A stretch of DNA of 61,917 bases, filler included, from 8 parts of 8 records of this genome joined end to end with filler, not necessarily neighbours in it; one strand, 5' to 3'; shown: positions 9,120 through 18,621, counted from the whole stretch's first letter. Translations and numbers: made by a program. Notes: a model not told the origin generated them from the sequence alone.

Positions 9120-10170
9120 TACCGCCGTCGCCCGTTTGAACGGGGCGAGGGCCGGAGCATTTGGCGAAGCGGCGATCCTTTTGGTGCTTGCCGCCACGAC
9201 CGTCGTGCTCGGTCTCTGGGCGGCGACCATCGGTCCCGCCAACATCGGATTTGCCGAAGCCACGCGTACGGTTTCGGGCTGGCTTGTGCCCGGTTCGTTC
9301 GACGTTCCGAAAATGACCCACACGGTGATCGTAAACATTCGCCTGCCACGCATTCTGATGGCGGACCTTGCCGGGTTCGGGCTGGGCATGTCGGGTTTCG
9401 CCATGCAGGCGGTGCTGCGCAATCCCCTGGCCAGCCCCTACACCCTGGGTATATCGGCGGCAGCCGGTTTCGGCGCGTCCTTGGCCATCGTGCTCGGGGT
9501 CGGCATCCTGTCTTCGCAGTACATGATTGTCGGCAACGCGTTCTTCTTCGCGCTGGTGGCATCGTGTTTGGTGCTGATGCTGGCGATGCGGGACAACTCC
9601 AACACGGAAACGGTGATCCTGACCGGTGTCGCCATGATGTTCCTGTTTTCGGCGGGGATCACGTTGCTGCAGTATATCGGCGACCCCTACGCCGTACAGT
9701 CGGTCGTATTCTGGCTTATCGGCGATGTCGGCCGGGCATCCTGGCCGAAGCTGGGCCTGCTGGCGGGCGTCATCGGGATTGCCGCGCCGTATCTGGTCTA
9801 CAAGGGATGGGATATCGGCATCATGCGTTTCGGCGACGACACCGCCGCCAGTCTGGGGGTGCCGGTCGGTTGGACGCGCGTCGGCGTGATGGCTGCGTGC
9901 TCGTTGACGACGGCCTGTCTGGTTTCCTTCGTCGGGACCATCGCGTTTGTCGGCCTGGTGGCACCCCACATCGTCAAGCTGGCCGGGCAGGCGAACGAAC
10001 GTTTCGGCCTGATCGCCTCCGGTCTGATCGGAGCCATTCTGCTCGCTGCCGCCGATATGGTGGCGTTGACCGCCCTCAAACCCAACGTGTTGCCGATCGG
10101 CGTGGTCACGGCGTTTTTGGGGGTCCCGTTGTTTCTGGTGCTGATTCGCCGCGGGAGACGCAGGACATGA
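9103..10170 (+). CDS. FecCD/BtuC-family ABC permease
   Basis: IRLPRI, QAVLRNPLASPYTLG, FVGLVAPH, LPIGVVTAFLGVPLF. TTG start inferred from overlap with the upstream gene. Confidence 0.93.
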   Translation: MVSLTDTAVARLNGARAGAFGEAAILLVLAATTVVLGLWAATIGPANIGFAEATRTVSGWLVPGSFDVPKMTHTVIVNIRLPRILMADLAGFGLGMSGFAMQAVLRNPLASPYTLGISAAAGFGASLAIVLGVGILSSQYMIVGNAFFFALVASCLVLMLAMRDNSNTETVILTGVAMMFLFSAGITLLQYIGDPYAVQSVVFWLIGDVGRASWPKLGLLAGVIGIAAPYLVYKGWDIGIMRFGDDTAASLGVPVGWTRVGVMAACSLTTACLVSFVGTIAFVGLVAPHIVKLAGQANERFGLIASGLIGAILLAAADMVALTALKPNVLPIGVVTAFLGVPLFLVLIRRGRRRT

Positions 10171-10949
10171 AGCTTCGTGTCGAAGGGCTGTGTTTTTCCT
10201 ATCCGGGAAACGAGGTCCTGAGGGAAATCGAAATGGACCTGGTACCGCACGAAGTGCTGGCGGTTATCGGTCCCAACGGTTCGGGGAAATCGACTTTAAT
10301 GAGATGCCTGAACCGAATCCTCGTGCCATCGGCCGGTGCCGTATGGATTGGCCAGGAGATGGCCGATTCCCTCGGTCGGCGGGAGATCGCCCGGTGCCTT
10401 GGTTACGTGCCGCAGAATACGCCCGTCGAGGCCGACATTTCGGTGCTCGATGTCGTGCTTATGGGGCGCCGTCCCCATGCCTCGTGGCGGGCTGGCGACG
10501 CCGATCGTGAGATGGCAGTGCGTGCCCTCAAGCTGATGAACCTCGAGGATTTTGCAGAGCGGAATTTCGGGCATCTCTCAGGCGGTGAGCGTCAACGGGT
10601 TCTGCTGGCCCGCGCCCTGGCTCAGGAAGCGCGTATCCTGCTGCTTGACGAACCGACCGCGAGTCTCGACATCCGACACCAGATCGAGGTCATGCGCACG
10701 GTTCGCTGGTTGGCCGATTCGTCCGCCGTCAGCGTGATTGTCGTCGCGCACGATCTCAACCTGGCGGCACGTTTTTCCGATCGGATGGTTTTGATGCAGG
10801 ATGGGCGGATTCGCGCCGCCGGGACGGCGGCCCAGGTTTTGACTCCCGAGACCATCTCAAGCGTCTATGGCGTTAGAGCGAAAGTCCGGTTCGAGGACGG
10901 CTATCCATTTGTGCTGGTTTCCGATGTCGGGCGGGCCGAAGTGACTTGA
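10167..10949 (+). CDS. ABC transporter ATP-binding protein (FecE/BtuD-like)
   Basis: ATGA overlap with the permease stop; GPNGSGKS, LSGGERQR, LLLDEPT, HDLNLA. Confidence 0.95.
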   Translation: MKLRVEGLCFSYPGNEVLREIEMDLVPHEVLAVIGPNGSGKSTLMRCLNRILVPSAGAVWIGQEMADSLGRREIARCLGYVPQNTPVEADISVLDVVLMGRRPHASWRAGDADREMAVRALKLMNLEDFAERNFGHLSGGERQRVLLARALAQEARILLLDEPTASLDIRHQIEVMRTVRWLADSSAVSVIVVAHDLNLAARFSDRMVLMQDGRIRAAGTAAQVLTPETISSVYGVRAKVRFEDGYPFVLVSDVGRAEVT

Positions 10950-10985
10950 ATCAAACGCCGATCGAAAGGGGCAACCGCACGACGG

Positions 10986-11648
10986 TCAAACCGACTGGGC
11001 TGGCAGGATGTGAAAGGCGATGGCGGCGAAAAAACAGGCGCTTCCGGCGACGACGAACAGGTGCCATACCGCCTGATTGAACGGCAGCCGATTCCAGACA
11101 TAAAAAACGATGCCGGTGGTATAGGCGAGGCCGCCCGAAACCAGGAAGACGGTTCCCGAAAAATCGAGGCCTTCGTAGATCGGCCGGGCCCAGGCGATGA
11201 CGAGCCAGCCGAGCGCCAGGTACAGGCCGACGCGCAGTTTGGTCAGACGGCGCGGCAATAGAATCCGAAGAAGGATTCCGGCCAGGGCAAGCGTCCAGAC
11301 CGCCGTCATCAGGATCCAACCCGATCGGTGCCCGAGAACGAGCAGGGCGACCGGCGTATAGGTTCCGGCGATCAGCAAATAGATGGTGCAGTGGTCGACG
11401 GTGCGCAGGATGCGCTTGGCCTGCGCATGCCGAACGGCGTGATAGAGGGTCGAGGCCGAAAAGGCGAGGACGAGCGCGGCGCCGTATATGGCGACGCTTG
11501 CGATCGTCAAGGCGCCGTGGGGAATGGCCAGCACGATGATGACGACCAGACCGACGACGCTGATCACGGTACCCAGCGCCTGAACCGCGGTACTTGCAAA
11601 TTCCTCGGCGGGTCTGCCGAGTGCCCGTTTTTCCGCCAACGGTGTCAT
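10986..11648 (-). CDS. Hemolysin III / PAQR-family membrane protein
   Basis: STLYHA, DHCTIYLLIAGTYTP, WHLFVVAGS; about seven TM segments. Start set at MTPLAEK. Confidence 0.92.
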   Translation of the reverse strand: MTPLAEKRALGRPAEEFASTAVQALGTVISVVGLVVIIVLAIPHGALTIASVAIYGAALVLAFSASTLYHAVRHAQAKRILRTVDHCTIYLLIAGTYTPVALLVLGHRSGWILMTAVWTLALAGILLRILLPRRLTKLRVGLYLALGWLVIAWARPIYEGLDFSGTVFLVSGGLAYTTGIVFYVWNRLPFNQAVWHLFVVAGSACFFAAIAFHILPAQSV

Positions 11649-11759
11649 CGAATCCACTCCGGGATGGCCCCGCACCGGCGATAGCCGATCCATTGGGAGG
11701 AAGAGCATCAAGTATGGTCCCGCGCGGACGATGCGCCAAGTGCGGATCGGGTGTGCCCG

Positions 11760-11801
11760 GAAAAAAAACGGCGAATTGATAGGCGGCTTTTTATCGTCGC
11801 C
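11760..11801 (-). terminator. Probable intrinsic terminator after the 66-aa gene
   Basis: Minus strand GGCGA...TCGCC stem followed by GTTTTTTTT. Confidence 0.5.
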
Positions 11802-11844
11802 AGGATTGCGATCGACGGGCGTTAGACTCAAACGCTGGCTGGTT

Positions 11845-12045
11845 CTAACTTCCGGCGGCCTCTTCTTCGGCTTTTTTGTCGGCCGCTTCTTTGGCCAGGC
11901 GGAGAGACCGCAGGTTGGAAATGTGTTCCTCGCGCTCGCGGCGCGCCTTTTCCTTTTCCTGCAGGGCCTGCTTGTCTTTCTTCTGGATCGCGGCGAATTT
12001 TTCCTCGGCCTTCGATTTCAATGAATCCGGCATATCGGCATTCAT
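11845..12045 (-). CDS. Small charged helical protein (66 aa) of alphaproteobacterial type
   Basis: AAGGAG RBS; C-terminal LRSLRLAKEA motif typical of a conserved small-protein family. Confidence 0.75.
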   Translation of the reverse strand: MNADMPDSLKSKAEEKFAAIQKKDKQALQEKEKARREREEHISNLRSLRLAKEAADKKAEEEAAGS

Positions 12046-12120
12046 CTCCTTCTGTTCGGGGCGCGTCGGCCGGAGTTACCGGCTTCGGAATGCGGGCAGG
12101 ACAGCCTTCCGGGTGGTGCG

Positions 12121-12163
12121 AAAAAAAACGACCCCGGTGCGGCGCGTGGCGCCGGTTTTCGTT
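12121..12163 (-). terminator. Intrinsic terminator of a truncated upstream gene (C-terminus ...GEAIFNRRKA, stop at 12222)
   Basis: Minus strand ACGA..CCGGCGC-loop-GCACCGG..TCGT followed by T8. Confidence 0.6.
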
Positions 12164-12269
12164 GTTCGATTGTGGCTGTCGTCGAAGAACGCGCGGCGGA
12201 ACGCTGCGCGCACATTCTTCCTTACGCCTTGCGACGATTGAAAATCGCCTCGCCGAGGGCGGGCGGCGG

Positions 12270-12369
12270 NNNNNNNNNNNNNNNNNNNNNNNNNNNNNNN
12301 NNNNNNNNNNNNNTTAATTAATTAANNNNNNNNNNNNNNNNNNNNNNNNNNNNNNNNNNNNNNNNNNNN
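12270..12369. other. Artificial contig spacer
   Basis: N run, TTAATTAATTAA, N run. Confidence 0.99.
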
Positions 12370-12852
12370 CTCTATGAAGACGGAACGCCCGTAAGCGCTG
12401 CCGAATCCAGGGATAAATTCAACAATACCGAGTTCGGCGCCATGGGAGGCGCCAGCGTGGCCAAGAACGTGCACGCCATGCTCTGCGATGCCTTCGAAGG
12501 GGCGCGGGGTGAGTTTCAGATTACCGAATCCCTTATCATGAGCGCCTTCGACCGGGCGGAGCGGGAGGATCTGGACCGGGCCTACGCCTGCGGCGAAGAG
12601 GCCGTTCGACTGGCCGCCGAAGGGCAGAGCGGCGTCATGGTGAGCATCCTGCGCCATCAGGACGGCTTTAGCCTCGGCACAGCCCCGCTGGAGGATGTGG
12701 CCGTCCGGGCCAAGGCTATGCCCCGGGAGTATCTCAATGACGCGGGTAACGATGTAACCCCGGCCTTTATGGACTATATCAGGCCCCTTCTCTCCCCTTT
12801 GCCCGAGTTCGTCGAACTGGAGAACAAATTCTTTAAGGCCCCTCAGTCCTGA
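12370..12852 (+). CDS. 6-phosphofructokinase (PfkA family, possibly PPi-dependent), C-terminal part
   Basis: Frame open from the contig start; DLDRAYACGEEAV, GQSGVMVSI, PLEDVA, GNDVTPAFMDYIRPL. Confidence 0.85.
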   Translation, partial: LYEDGTPVSAAESRDKFNNTEFGAMGGASVAKNVHAMLCDAFEGARGEFQITESLIMSAFDRAEREDLDRAYACGEEAVRLAAEGQSGVMVSILRHQDGFSLGTAPLEDVAVRAKAMPREYLNDAGNDVTPAFMDYIRPLLSPLPEFVELENKFFKAPQS

Positions 12853-12907
12853 ACTGAAGATCCGTCGGGACGGTTTTCCTGTTCCGACGAGGTGGAAGGA
12901 GTATAAA

Positions 12908-13672
12908 ATGGAATCTTTTAAAAAGAATATTCTTGTGGTACAGGCTCATCCCGATGACGCTGAGGCCTGGTCCGGAGGAACTCTGAAGCTTCTCAGCGAT
13001 GCGGGGTATAAAATCTCCATCGTCACCATGACCGCAGGGGGAATGGGCGGTATGAGCGGCAGCGAGGAAGAGACCGTGGCGGTACGCAAGAAGGAGGCCG
13101 AAAAAGCGGCCGCCCTGATCGGCGCCGACTACTACTGTCTGGATCAGGGGGACGGCTTTCTCTTCGATGCCCCGGAGCTCCGTCTGAAGCTGGTCTCCCT
13201 GATGCGGCGCGTCGAGGCGGGGATCATCATTACCCATATGCAGAATGATTATCATCCCGATCACAGGGCCGCTTCGCTTATCTGCTTCGCGTCGGCGATC
13301 ATCTCTTCCCTGCCCAATGTGCCGGTGGAAGAGGCGCCTCTTGACGTGACCCCCCTGCTGTACTACAGCGCTCCCATGAGCATGTCCGGCCCCCTGGGCG
13401 AGCCTATCGCCGATCCCCATTTCTATGTGGACATAACGTCTCAGATAGATACGAAGCTGGAGATGCTGGGATGTCACGAGTCCCAGAAGATGCTGATGAA
13501 GCATATGCATAAGATAGACGATTTTTTCGGTGAGATGAGAAAATTCAGCGCCGAGCTGGGCGTCAGATCGGGATGCGGTTACGCCGAATGCTACTGGCAG
13601 CATCTGGGCGGAGGCTTCCAGAAGGAGCCGCTGCTTCAAGAGGTATTGAAGGACAATCTTATTGTGAAATAG
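12908..13672 (+). CDS. PIG-L/LmbE-family N-acetylhexosamine deacetylase
   Basis: AHPDDAE and DYHPDH metal motifs; KLEMLGCHESQ. Confidence 0.92.
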   Translation: MESFKKNILVVQAHPDDAEAWSGGTLKLLSDAGYKISIVTMTAGGMGGMSGSEEETVAVRKKEAEKAAALIGADYYCLDQGDGFLFDAPELRLKLVSLMRRVEAGIIITHMQNDYHPDHRAASLICFASAIISSLPNVPVEEAPLDVTPLLYYSAPMSMSGPLGEPIADPHFYVDITSQIDTKLEMLGCHESQKMLMKHMHKIDDFFGEMRKFSAELGVRSGCGYAECYWQHLGGGFQKEPLLQEVLKDNLIVK

Positions 13673-13744
13673 GCCGTGGGGCCTTAAGTGAAAAAAAATC
13701 ACCCGGATCCTTAGGGAGCCCGGGTGGGATAAAGGTGATAAAAA

Positions 13745-14761
13745 ATGAACAGTAAAGAAAAATATCAGAATTTCGCCCTGTGCCGGGAAATGCTGGAAAC
13801 CCCCGGGGTTATCAGGAACTTTCAGGTTCCGCAGCTGGAAGGCTATGTGAAAGGCGCAAAGAGGAAGAAGGACGTTCTCTTGACCGGAGAGGGGTCGAGC
13901 CGCATATTCCCCGCCAAACGGGCGATCACACAGGCCCTGAAGGGCGCGGAAGGCATCCGCTTCATCACGGAGGGAGCCACCCAGGCCATGGAGTATAAGC
14001 TGGGCGACGCGGCGGTCTTCGGCGCCTCCAACTCAGGGAGAACCAAAGAGCTGGTCCGTCTGTTTACAAAGCTGAAGGGGGAGGGGCACGGCGAACTCTA
14101 CGGCGTTACCGCCGCCGAAAACTCCACCCTCGAATCCCTGAGCGCCTCAACCTTCGTACTGGATTGCGGAGCGGAAGACGCGGTAGCCGCCACCAAGAGC
14201 GTGGCCGAGCAGGCCCTCTTCTTCGACGCCCTGCGCGCCGGTCTGAGGGGAGAAACCCTGGCGGGCCTGGAAAAGGCGGCGGATGCGGTGGAAAAGGCTC
14301 TGACCCTTGAGATCGATCCCGGGATCACCGAACTGGCGGCGAAGGCCGGAATGATCTACTTCGCGGGACGCAACAACGGCGTGGCCGAAGAGCTGACCCT
14401 GAAAACCAATGAGATCACAAGAAAGAAATCCGACTACCTGGAGGGGACCTACGCGGCTCACGGCATCGAGGAGGTCATGAATCCCGATGACGTTCTTATT
14501 GTCGTCGATCCCTTTGAAGAGGAGGAAGAGAAGTTCGCCGAGTGCCTGACCGGGGGCGTAGGGGTGCAGATCATCGCCATATCGAAGCGGAAAACATCCT
14601 TTCCCTATAATATCGTGATTCCCGAAGCGGGAGAGTTTGATAACTTTGTGGAGCTGGCGGCCGGATGGAATCTGCTGGTAGAGATCGGATTGGCTCTGGG
14701 GATCGATCTGGATACCCCCGTCAGGGCCAGAAAAGTCGGAAACGAGTATACGGGCTCTTAG
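13745..14761 (+). CDS. Double-SIS sugar isomerase (isomerising glucosamine-6-P deaminase-like)
   Basis: EMLETP, TGEGSS, SNSGRTKE, EDAVAATKS, EELTLKTNE, C-terminal DLDTPVRARKV; no glutaminase domain. Confidence 0.85.
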   Translation: MNSKEKYQNFALCREMLETPGVIRNFQVPQLEGYVKGAKRKKDVLLTGEGSSRIFPAKRAITQALKGAEGIRFITEGATQAMEYKLGDAAVFGASNSGRTKELVRLFTKLKGEGHGELYGVTAAENSTLESLSASTFVLDCGAEDAVAATKSVAEQALFFDALRAGLRGETLAGLEKAADAVEKALTLEIDPGITELAAKAGMIYFAGRNNGVAEELTLKTNEITRKKSDYLEGTYAAHGIEEVMNPDDVLIVVDPFEEEEEKFAECLTGGVGVQIIAISKRKTSFPYNIVIPEAGEFDNFVELAAGWNLLVEIGLALGIDLDTPVRARKVGNEYTGS

Positions 14762-14801
14762 GATCGGATCCTCAGGGCGTTTGCCCGGGAAGGGGCGGGG
14801 A

Positions 14802-15254
14802 TCACTCCTCGCCCTGATTCATCAGGATCTCGTATTCGCTGGACGACAGGCTGGCGCTGTCGTCCATGCCGTTGTCCAGTTTTTCACTGATCTCGCGCCG
14901 GATCTGGCGCACGTCTTCCAGATGGGCGGCCATCTTCCGCTTCAGTTCGGGAAACCGTCCGCTGTCTTCCTCGGAAAAGAAATTCTTCTTGTCTTCCGCC
15001 GCCTCTATCAATGCGGAAAGCTTTGTCTTCAGCTTCTGGATGGAGTAGAGGAAATCATTTCGCCTTATAAGATAGGGATTCTCCTTCAGCAGTTCATAGT
15101 GACGGCTCAGGACTTGGTCCACAGCAAAGATGCGCTTCACCATCTCCGATGCGAAATATTCACTGTCTATGGACAGCTTGAGGCCGTTCTGCATGGTTGT
15201 GATCTCCATATGAAGATAGAAAAGGTTATCTTCATAGTGAACTTTCTCGCTCAT
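14802..15254 (-). CDS. Hypothetical helical protein (spirochaete-type)
   Basis: 150-aa ORF with GGAG RBS, divergent from rpsF. Confidence 0.7.
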   Translation of the reverse strand: MSEKVHYEDNLFYLHMEITTMQNGLKLSIDSEYFASEMVKRIFAVDQVLSRHYELLKENPYLIRRNDFLYSIQKLKTKLSALIEAAEDKKNFFSEEDSGRFPELKRKMAAHLEDVRQIRREISEKLDNGMDDSASLSSSEYEILMNQGEE

Positions 15255-15310
15255 CTTACGCTCCAGCTGACTTTACTCTATTATATGTTTCGGCGCTGTG
15301 AGCACTTAGC

Positions 15311-15339
15311 TTGACACTAAACGGCTCATGTGCTATTTT
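15311..15339 (+). promoter_or_regulatory. sigma70 promoter of the rpsF operon
   Basis: TTGACA-17 nt-TATTTT with an extended -10 TG. Confidence 0.75.
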
Positions 15340-15345
15340 TTTTCA

Positions 15346-15394
15346 GCCTCTTTATTTGCTCTGTAGGAGCAAATCATTAATGTCCGTAAGGAGG
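15346..15394 (+). ncRNA. S6:S18 ribosomal protein leader (autoregulatory RNA) candidate
   Basis: CCTCTT can pair with the SD AGGAGG; inner hairpin ATTTGCTC-TGTAG-GAGCAAAT; unpaired CCG at 15384-15386, the hallmark of this motif. Confidence 0.65.
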
Positions 15395-15399
15395 ATAGA

Positions 15400-15681
15400 A
15401 TGAGATCCTATGAATTTACAGCAGTTTTCCGCGTCAAGGAAGACAACTACGCCACCGGTCTGAAGAATGTGAAAGACATCTTCGCCAAGAACGGTGTGAC
15501 CATTGCTTCCGAAGAAGACATGGGAGACAGGCTGCTGGCCTACCCCGTCAACAAAGAAGAACGCGGTCACTATCAGCTTCTCAATGTAGAAGCAGATCCC
15601 GCATCTCTTGCTAAGATCGAAGAAGCTCTCAAGCTGACTACCGAAGTTCTCAAGTACCTTTTCGTAAAGAAAGAGAAATAA
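15400..15681 (+). CDS. rpsF: 30S ribosomal protein S6
   Basis: MRSYE, MGDRLLAYPV, GHY; rpsF-ssb-rpsR synteny. Confidence 0.97.
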   Translation: MRSYEFTAVFRVKEDNYATGLKNVKDIFAKNGVTIASEEDMGDRLLAYPVNKEERGHYQLLNVEADPASLAKIEEALKLTTEVLKYLFVKKEK

Positions 15682-15691
15682 GAGGGTTCCC

Positions 15692-16180
15692 ATGGCATCA
15701 GATATTAACCGAGTCATTATCGTTGGAAGGCTGACCAGGGACGCCGAGTTGAAATATACGAGCGGCGGCATGGCCATCGCCGACATAAGTCTGGCATGTA
15801 ACAGAAGCAGAAAACAGGGAGACCAATGGGTTGAAGAGGCCAACTTCTTTGATGTTTCGCTGTTTGGACGCAGGGCCGAATCCCTCGTGCAGTACCTCGG
15901 TAAAGGTACGCAGATCGCCGTTGAAGGCCAGCTCCGGCAGGACCGCTGGGAGCAGGACGGCATGAAACGGAGTAAGGTTTCTATCGTCGCAACTGATATA
16001 CAGCTTCTGGGTGGCAGAAGCGACCGGGGCCAGATGGGAGACAACTCCTATCAGAACAACAACACGGGAACACAGGCCCCCCGAAATTCTCAGCCCTTCG
16101 AGTCATACAGCAAGCCTTCCCCCCCGCAGGGCGGACAGGCTCCCGCACCCGATCGGTTTGAGGATGACATTCCGTTTTAA
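15692..16180 (+). CDS. ssb: Single-stranded DNA-binding protein
   Basis: INRVIIVGRLTRDAEL; C-terminal FEDDIPF. Confidence 0.98.
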   Translation: MASDINRVIIVGRLTRDAELKYTSGGMAIADISLACNRSRKQGDQWVEEANFFDVSLFGRRAESLVQYLGKGTQIAVEGQLRQDRWEQDGMKRSKVSIVATDIQLLGGRSDRGQMGDNSYQNNNTGTQAPRNSQPFESYSKPSPPQGGQAPAPDRFEDDIPF

Positions 16181-16255
16181 CACTATGTCAGGCGCCGGAG
16201 CGAAGCTGCCGGTTCGTAACAAAACGGAAAGAAAAGATCCATAAGGAGTAATAAC

Positions 16256-16570
16256 ATGGCTGAAGATACACAGAATGTTGAAACAAAGGCTGCTCAGAGC
16301 ACAGAAAACAATGCTGACAGCAGACCCGCCAGACCCATGGACAGAGGTCCCAGAAGAAGAACTTTCTACAAGAAGAAAGTATGTAAGTTCTGCAAGAACG
16401 GTCTGGAAGTAGACTATAAGAAACCCGATTCACTGCGTCGGTTCATTACCGAAAGAGGTAAGATCCTTCCCAGAAGAATCACCGGAACCTGCGCCAAGCA
16501 CCAGAGAATGCTGACCACCGAGGTCAAGCGCTCCAGAGCTCTGGCCCTGCTGCCCTTCGTCAGCAAGTAA
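16256..16570 (+). CDS. rpsR: 30S ribosomal protein S18 (Zn-ribbon form)
   Basis: [26 protein letters not shown]. Confidence 0.98.
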   Translation: MAEDTQNVETKAAQSTENNADSRPARPMDRGPRRRTFYKKKVCKFCKNGLEVDYKKPDSLRRFITERGKILPRRITGTCAKHQRMLTTEVKRSRALALLPFVSK

Positions 16571-16584
16571 GAGGGACGATTCCA

Positions 16585-17529
16585 TTGGAGCGTGCACGGA
16601 TCAGATCGATCAGCGCGGTGTCCCTTCTTACGGCTCTGCTGTATAATGTGGGCATCCTGACGCCTTTTTTCGCCGTACCGGTGCAGTACTCTGCAAGCTC
16701 CGGCGGCAGGCGTTCGTTTATCGAGTCTGCTTTCGCAGCCGTTTCGATCGTTCTCCTTTTCAGGATGATGCTGCTGGGATCCATGGGAGCCCGGATATTC
16801 ATCGTTCTGGACATCATGATCCTTTTGACGGTGTTCGCGGGACTTTATGTCTGCAACTTCGAACTTAAGGGTCTGAGTCTGCCTGTTCGCGCCGCTGTCG
16901 TGACAGCCGCCGCAGGGTTGCTGGCCGTCGTCCTGTTGATGCCTGTGGCCTCCGGTCTCAAGGCCGGTCTGGTCGCATCTATGGACGCCGTGCTGTCCGC
17001 CGCGGGAGGAAGCATTCCCGGTTCCGGAACGGATCTTGACGGGGAAACCCTCTATCTGATCCTGGCGGATATGGCCGGTAAGACGGTTCTGTTCTGGTAT
17101 TTCGCCTTTCTGGTATTCTCCCGTACCCTGGGAGAGCACCTGGCGAAGCGGATATCCGGAGCGACGCTTGAGACGGAAACGTGGAACCTGCCCGATATAT
17201 GGGTCTGGTTTCTTTTTCTGCCTCTGACCGTTTATCTTCTGAACGGTCCGCTTTCCATGAGGGGGATAGTCCTCCTGAGGGGAGTGAGCGCCTATCTGGT
17301 CAGCAATACGGTTCTGATAAGCTCTGCGGCCTATGCTGTGAGGGGTGTCGGAATCGCAGGGAAATTCCTGTCCTCCAGGGGAGTCCCCTTCAGGACGCAG
17401 AGGATGATCCTGACTGCCTGCGCGTTCCTGGTTTTTGTGCCCGGTGTGAATCTGGCGCTTTTGATACTGACTGCAGGGATCGGTGTATCCGAACTCTGGG
17501 TAAATTACAGATTTAACGACAAGGAGTAA
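16585..17529 (+). CDS. YybS/DUF2232-like membrane protein
   Basis: Multi-pass membrane protein between rpsR and rplI; ends GVSELWVNYR. Confidence 0.75.
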   Translation: MERARIRSISAVSLLTALLYNVGILTPFFAVPVQYSASSGGRRSFIESAFAAVSIVLLFRMMLLGSMGARIFIVLDIMILLTVFAGLYVCNFELKGLSLPVRAAVVTAAAGLLAVVLLMPVASGLKAGLVASMDAVLSAAGGSIPGSGTDLDGETLYLILADMAGKTVLFWYFAFLVFSRTLGEHLAKRISGATLETETWNLPDIWVWFLFLPLTVYLLNGPLSMRGIVLLRGVSAYLVSNTVLISSAAYAVRGVGIAGKFLSSRGVPFRTQRMILTACAFLVFVPGVNLALLILTAGIGVSELWVNYRFNDKE

Positions 17530-17533
17530 ATCC

Positions 17534-18112
17534 ATGAAGATTATATTGAATCAGGATATTTCCAACCTTGGTGAAGAGGGAGATGTAAAGGTCGTAACCG
17601 ACGGATACGCCAGAAACTTCCTGATTCCCAAGAAGATGGCCGTGCCTTACAACAAGGCTAACCTCAACATGTTTGAGCAGAAAAAAGTCGCCATCGAAAA
17701 GAGAAAAGAAGAAAAAAGAAAAGATGCCATGGGCGTTAAGGGAAGACTGGCCGGCGAGGAACTGGTCATCTCCATGCCCGCTGGCGAAAAGGGCAAGCTT
17801 TTCGGTGCCGTCACCCCCGCTACCATCGTTGAGGAGCTGGGCAAGATGGGCATCACCGTAGAGAAAAAGAGGGTGGAGATCCCCGGAAACTCCATCAAGA
17901 TTACCGGTACTTCCACCGTCGTTATCAAGCTCTACGGAGGCGAAGCGGCCGATCTGAAGGTTACCGTTAACGGTATCGTTCCCGAGGGTGAAGCCCGTCC
18001 TGAAAAGGAAGCGGCAAAGGCTGAGGCTCCTGTTGAAGAGGCCGCTGCCGAGGAAGCTCCTGTAGAAGAAGAGGCCGCCGTCGAGGAAGCCGCTGAAGAA
18101 GCAGCAGAGTAA
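17534..18112 (+). CDS. rplI: 50S ribosomal protein L9 with an acidic C-terminal tail
   Basis: MKIIL, LGEEGD, GYARNFLIPK, GKLFGAVT. Confidence 0.97.
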   Translation: MKIILNQDISNLGEEGDVKVVTDGYARNFLIPKKMAVPYNKANLNMFEQKKVAIEKRKEEKRKDAMGVKGRLAGEELVISMPAGEKGKLFGAVTPATIVEELGKMGITVEKKRVEIPGNSIKITGTSTVVIKLYGGEAADLKVTVNGIVPEGEARPEKEAAKAEAPVEEAAAEEAPVEEEAAVEEAAEEAAE

Positions 18113-18124
18113 GCCTGATCCCCT

Positions 18125-18621
18125 ATGGATTCAGGTCTGCTGAAAGATAAGGTGCCCCCCTATAACGAGGAAGCGGAAGCTGCCGTTCTGGGGGCCCTTC
18201 TTATCAACTTCAATCTCGACTCTCTTGATACGGTTCGCATGTATCTGGGGGTCGGCGATTTTTTCCGAACCGCTCACCAGCATATCTTTCAGGCCGTGGA
18301 AGGTCTGGAAAAGAAGGGGAGCGGTATCGACCTGCTTACGGTTATCGAAGAGCTGAAGTCGGAAGGGCTTCTGGAAAAATCAGGCGGCGTGGCCTATGTC
18401 ACGGGTTTGACCTCTTCGGTTCCCACAACAGCCAACATCGAGTACTATTCCCGGATCGTTCAGGAAGCCAGCATCAGGCGCAGGCTCCTGAATATTTCCG
18501 CAGAGATCCATGCCAAGGCCCATGACGATTCCAAGGACACCTCGGAAATCCTTGAAGACGTGGAACGTTCGGTCTTTGAGATCAATGATCAGCGTTCCGT
18601 CGATTCCATGCAGTCCGCCGG
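18125..18621 (+). CDS. dnaB: Replicative DNA helicase, N-terminal part
   Basis: PPYNEEAEAAVLGALL, DFFRTAHQHIF, PTTANIEYY; follows rplI. Confidence 0.95.

Noticed and set aside
5959-10250. Long alternative ORFs (5959..7038, 6207..7160, 7175..8386, 8091..9422, 9109..9969 and the 5' part of 9564..10949)
   Set aside because: They are shadow frames of well-supported genes in GC-rich DNA, with no recognisable motifs.
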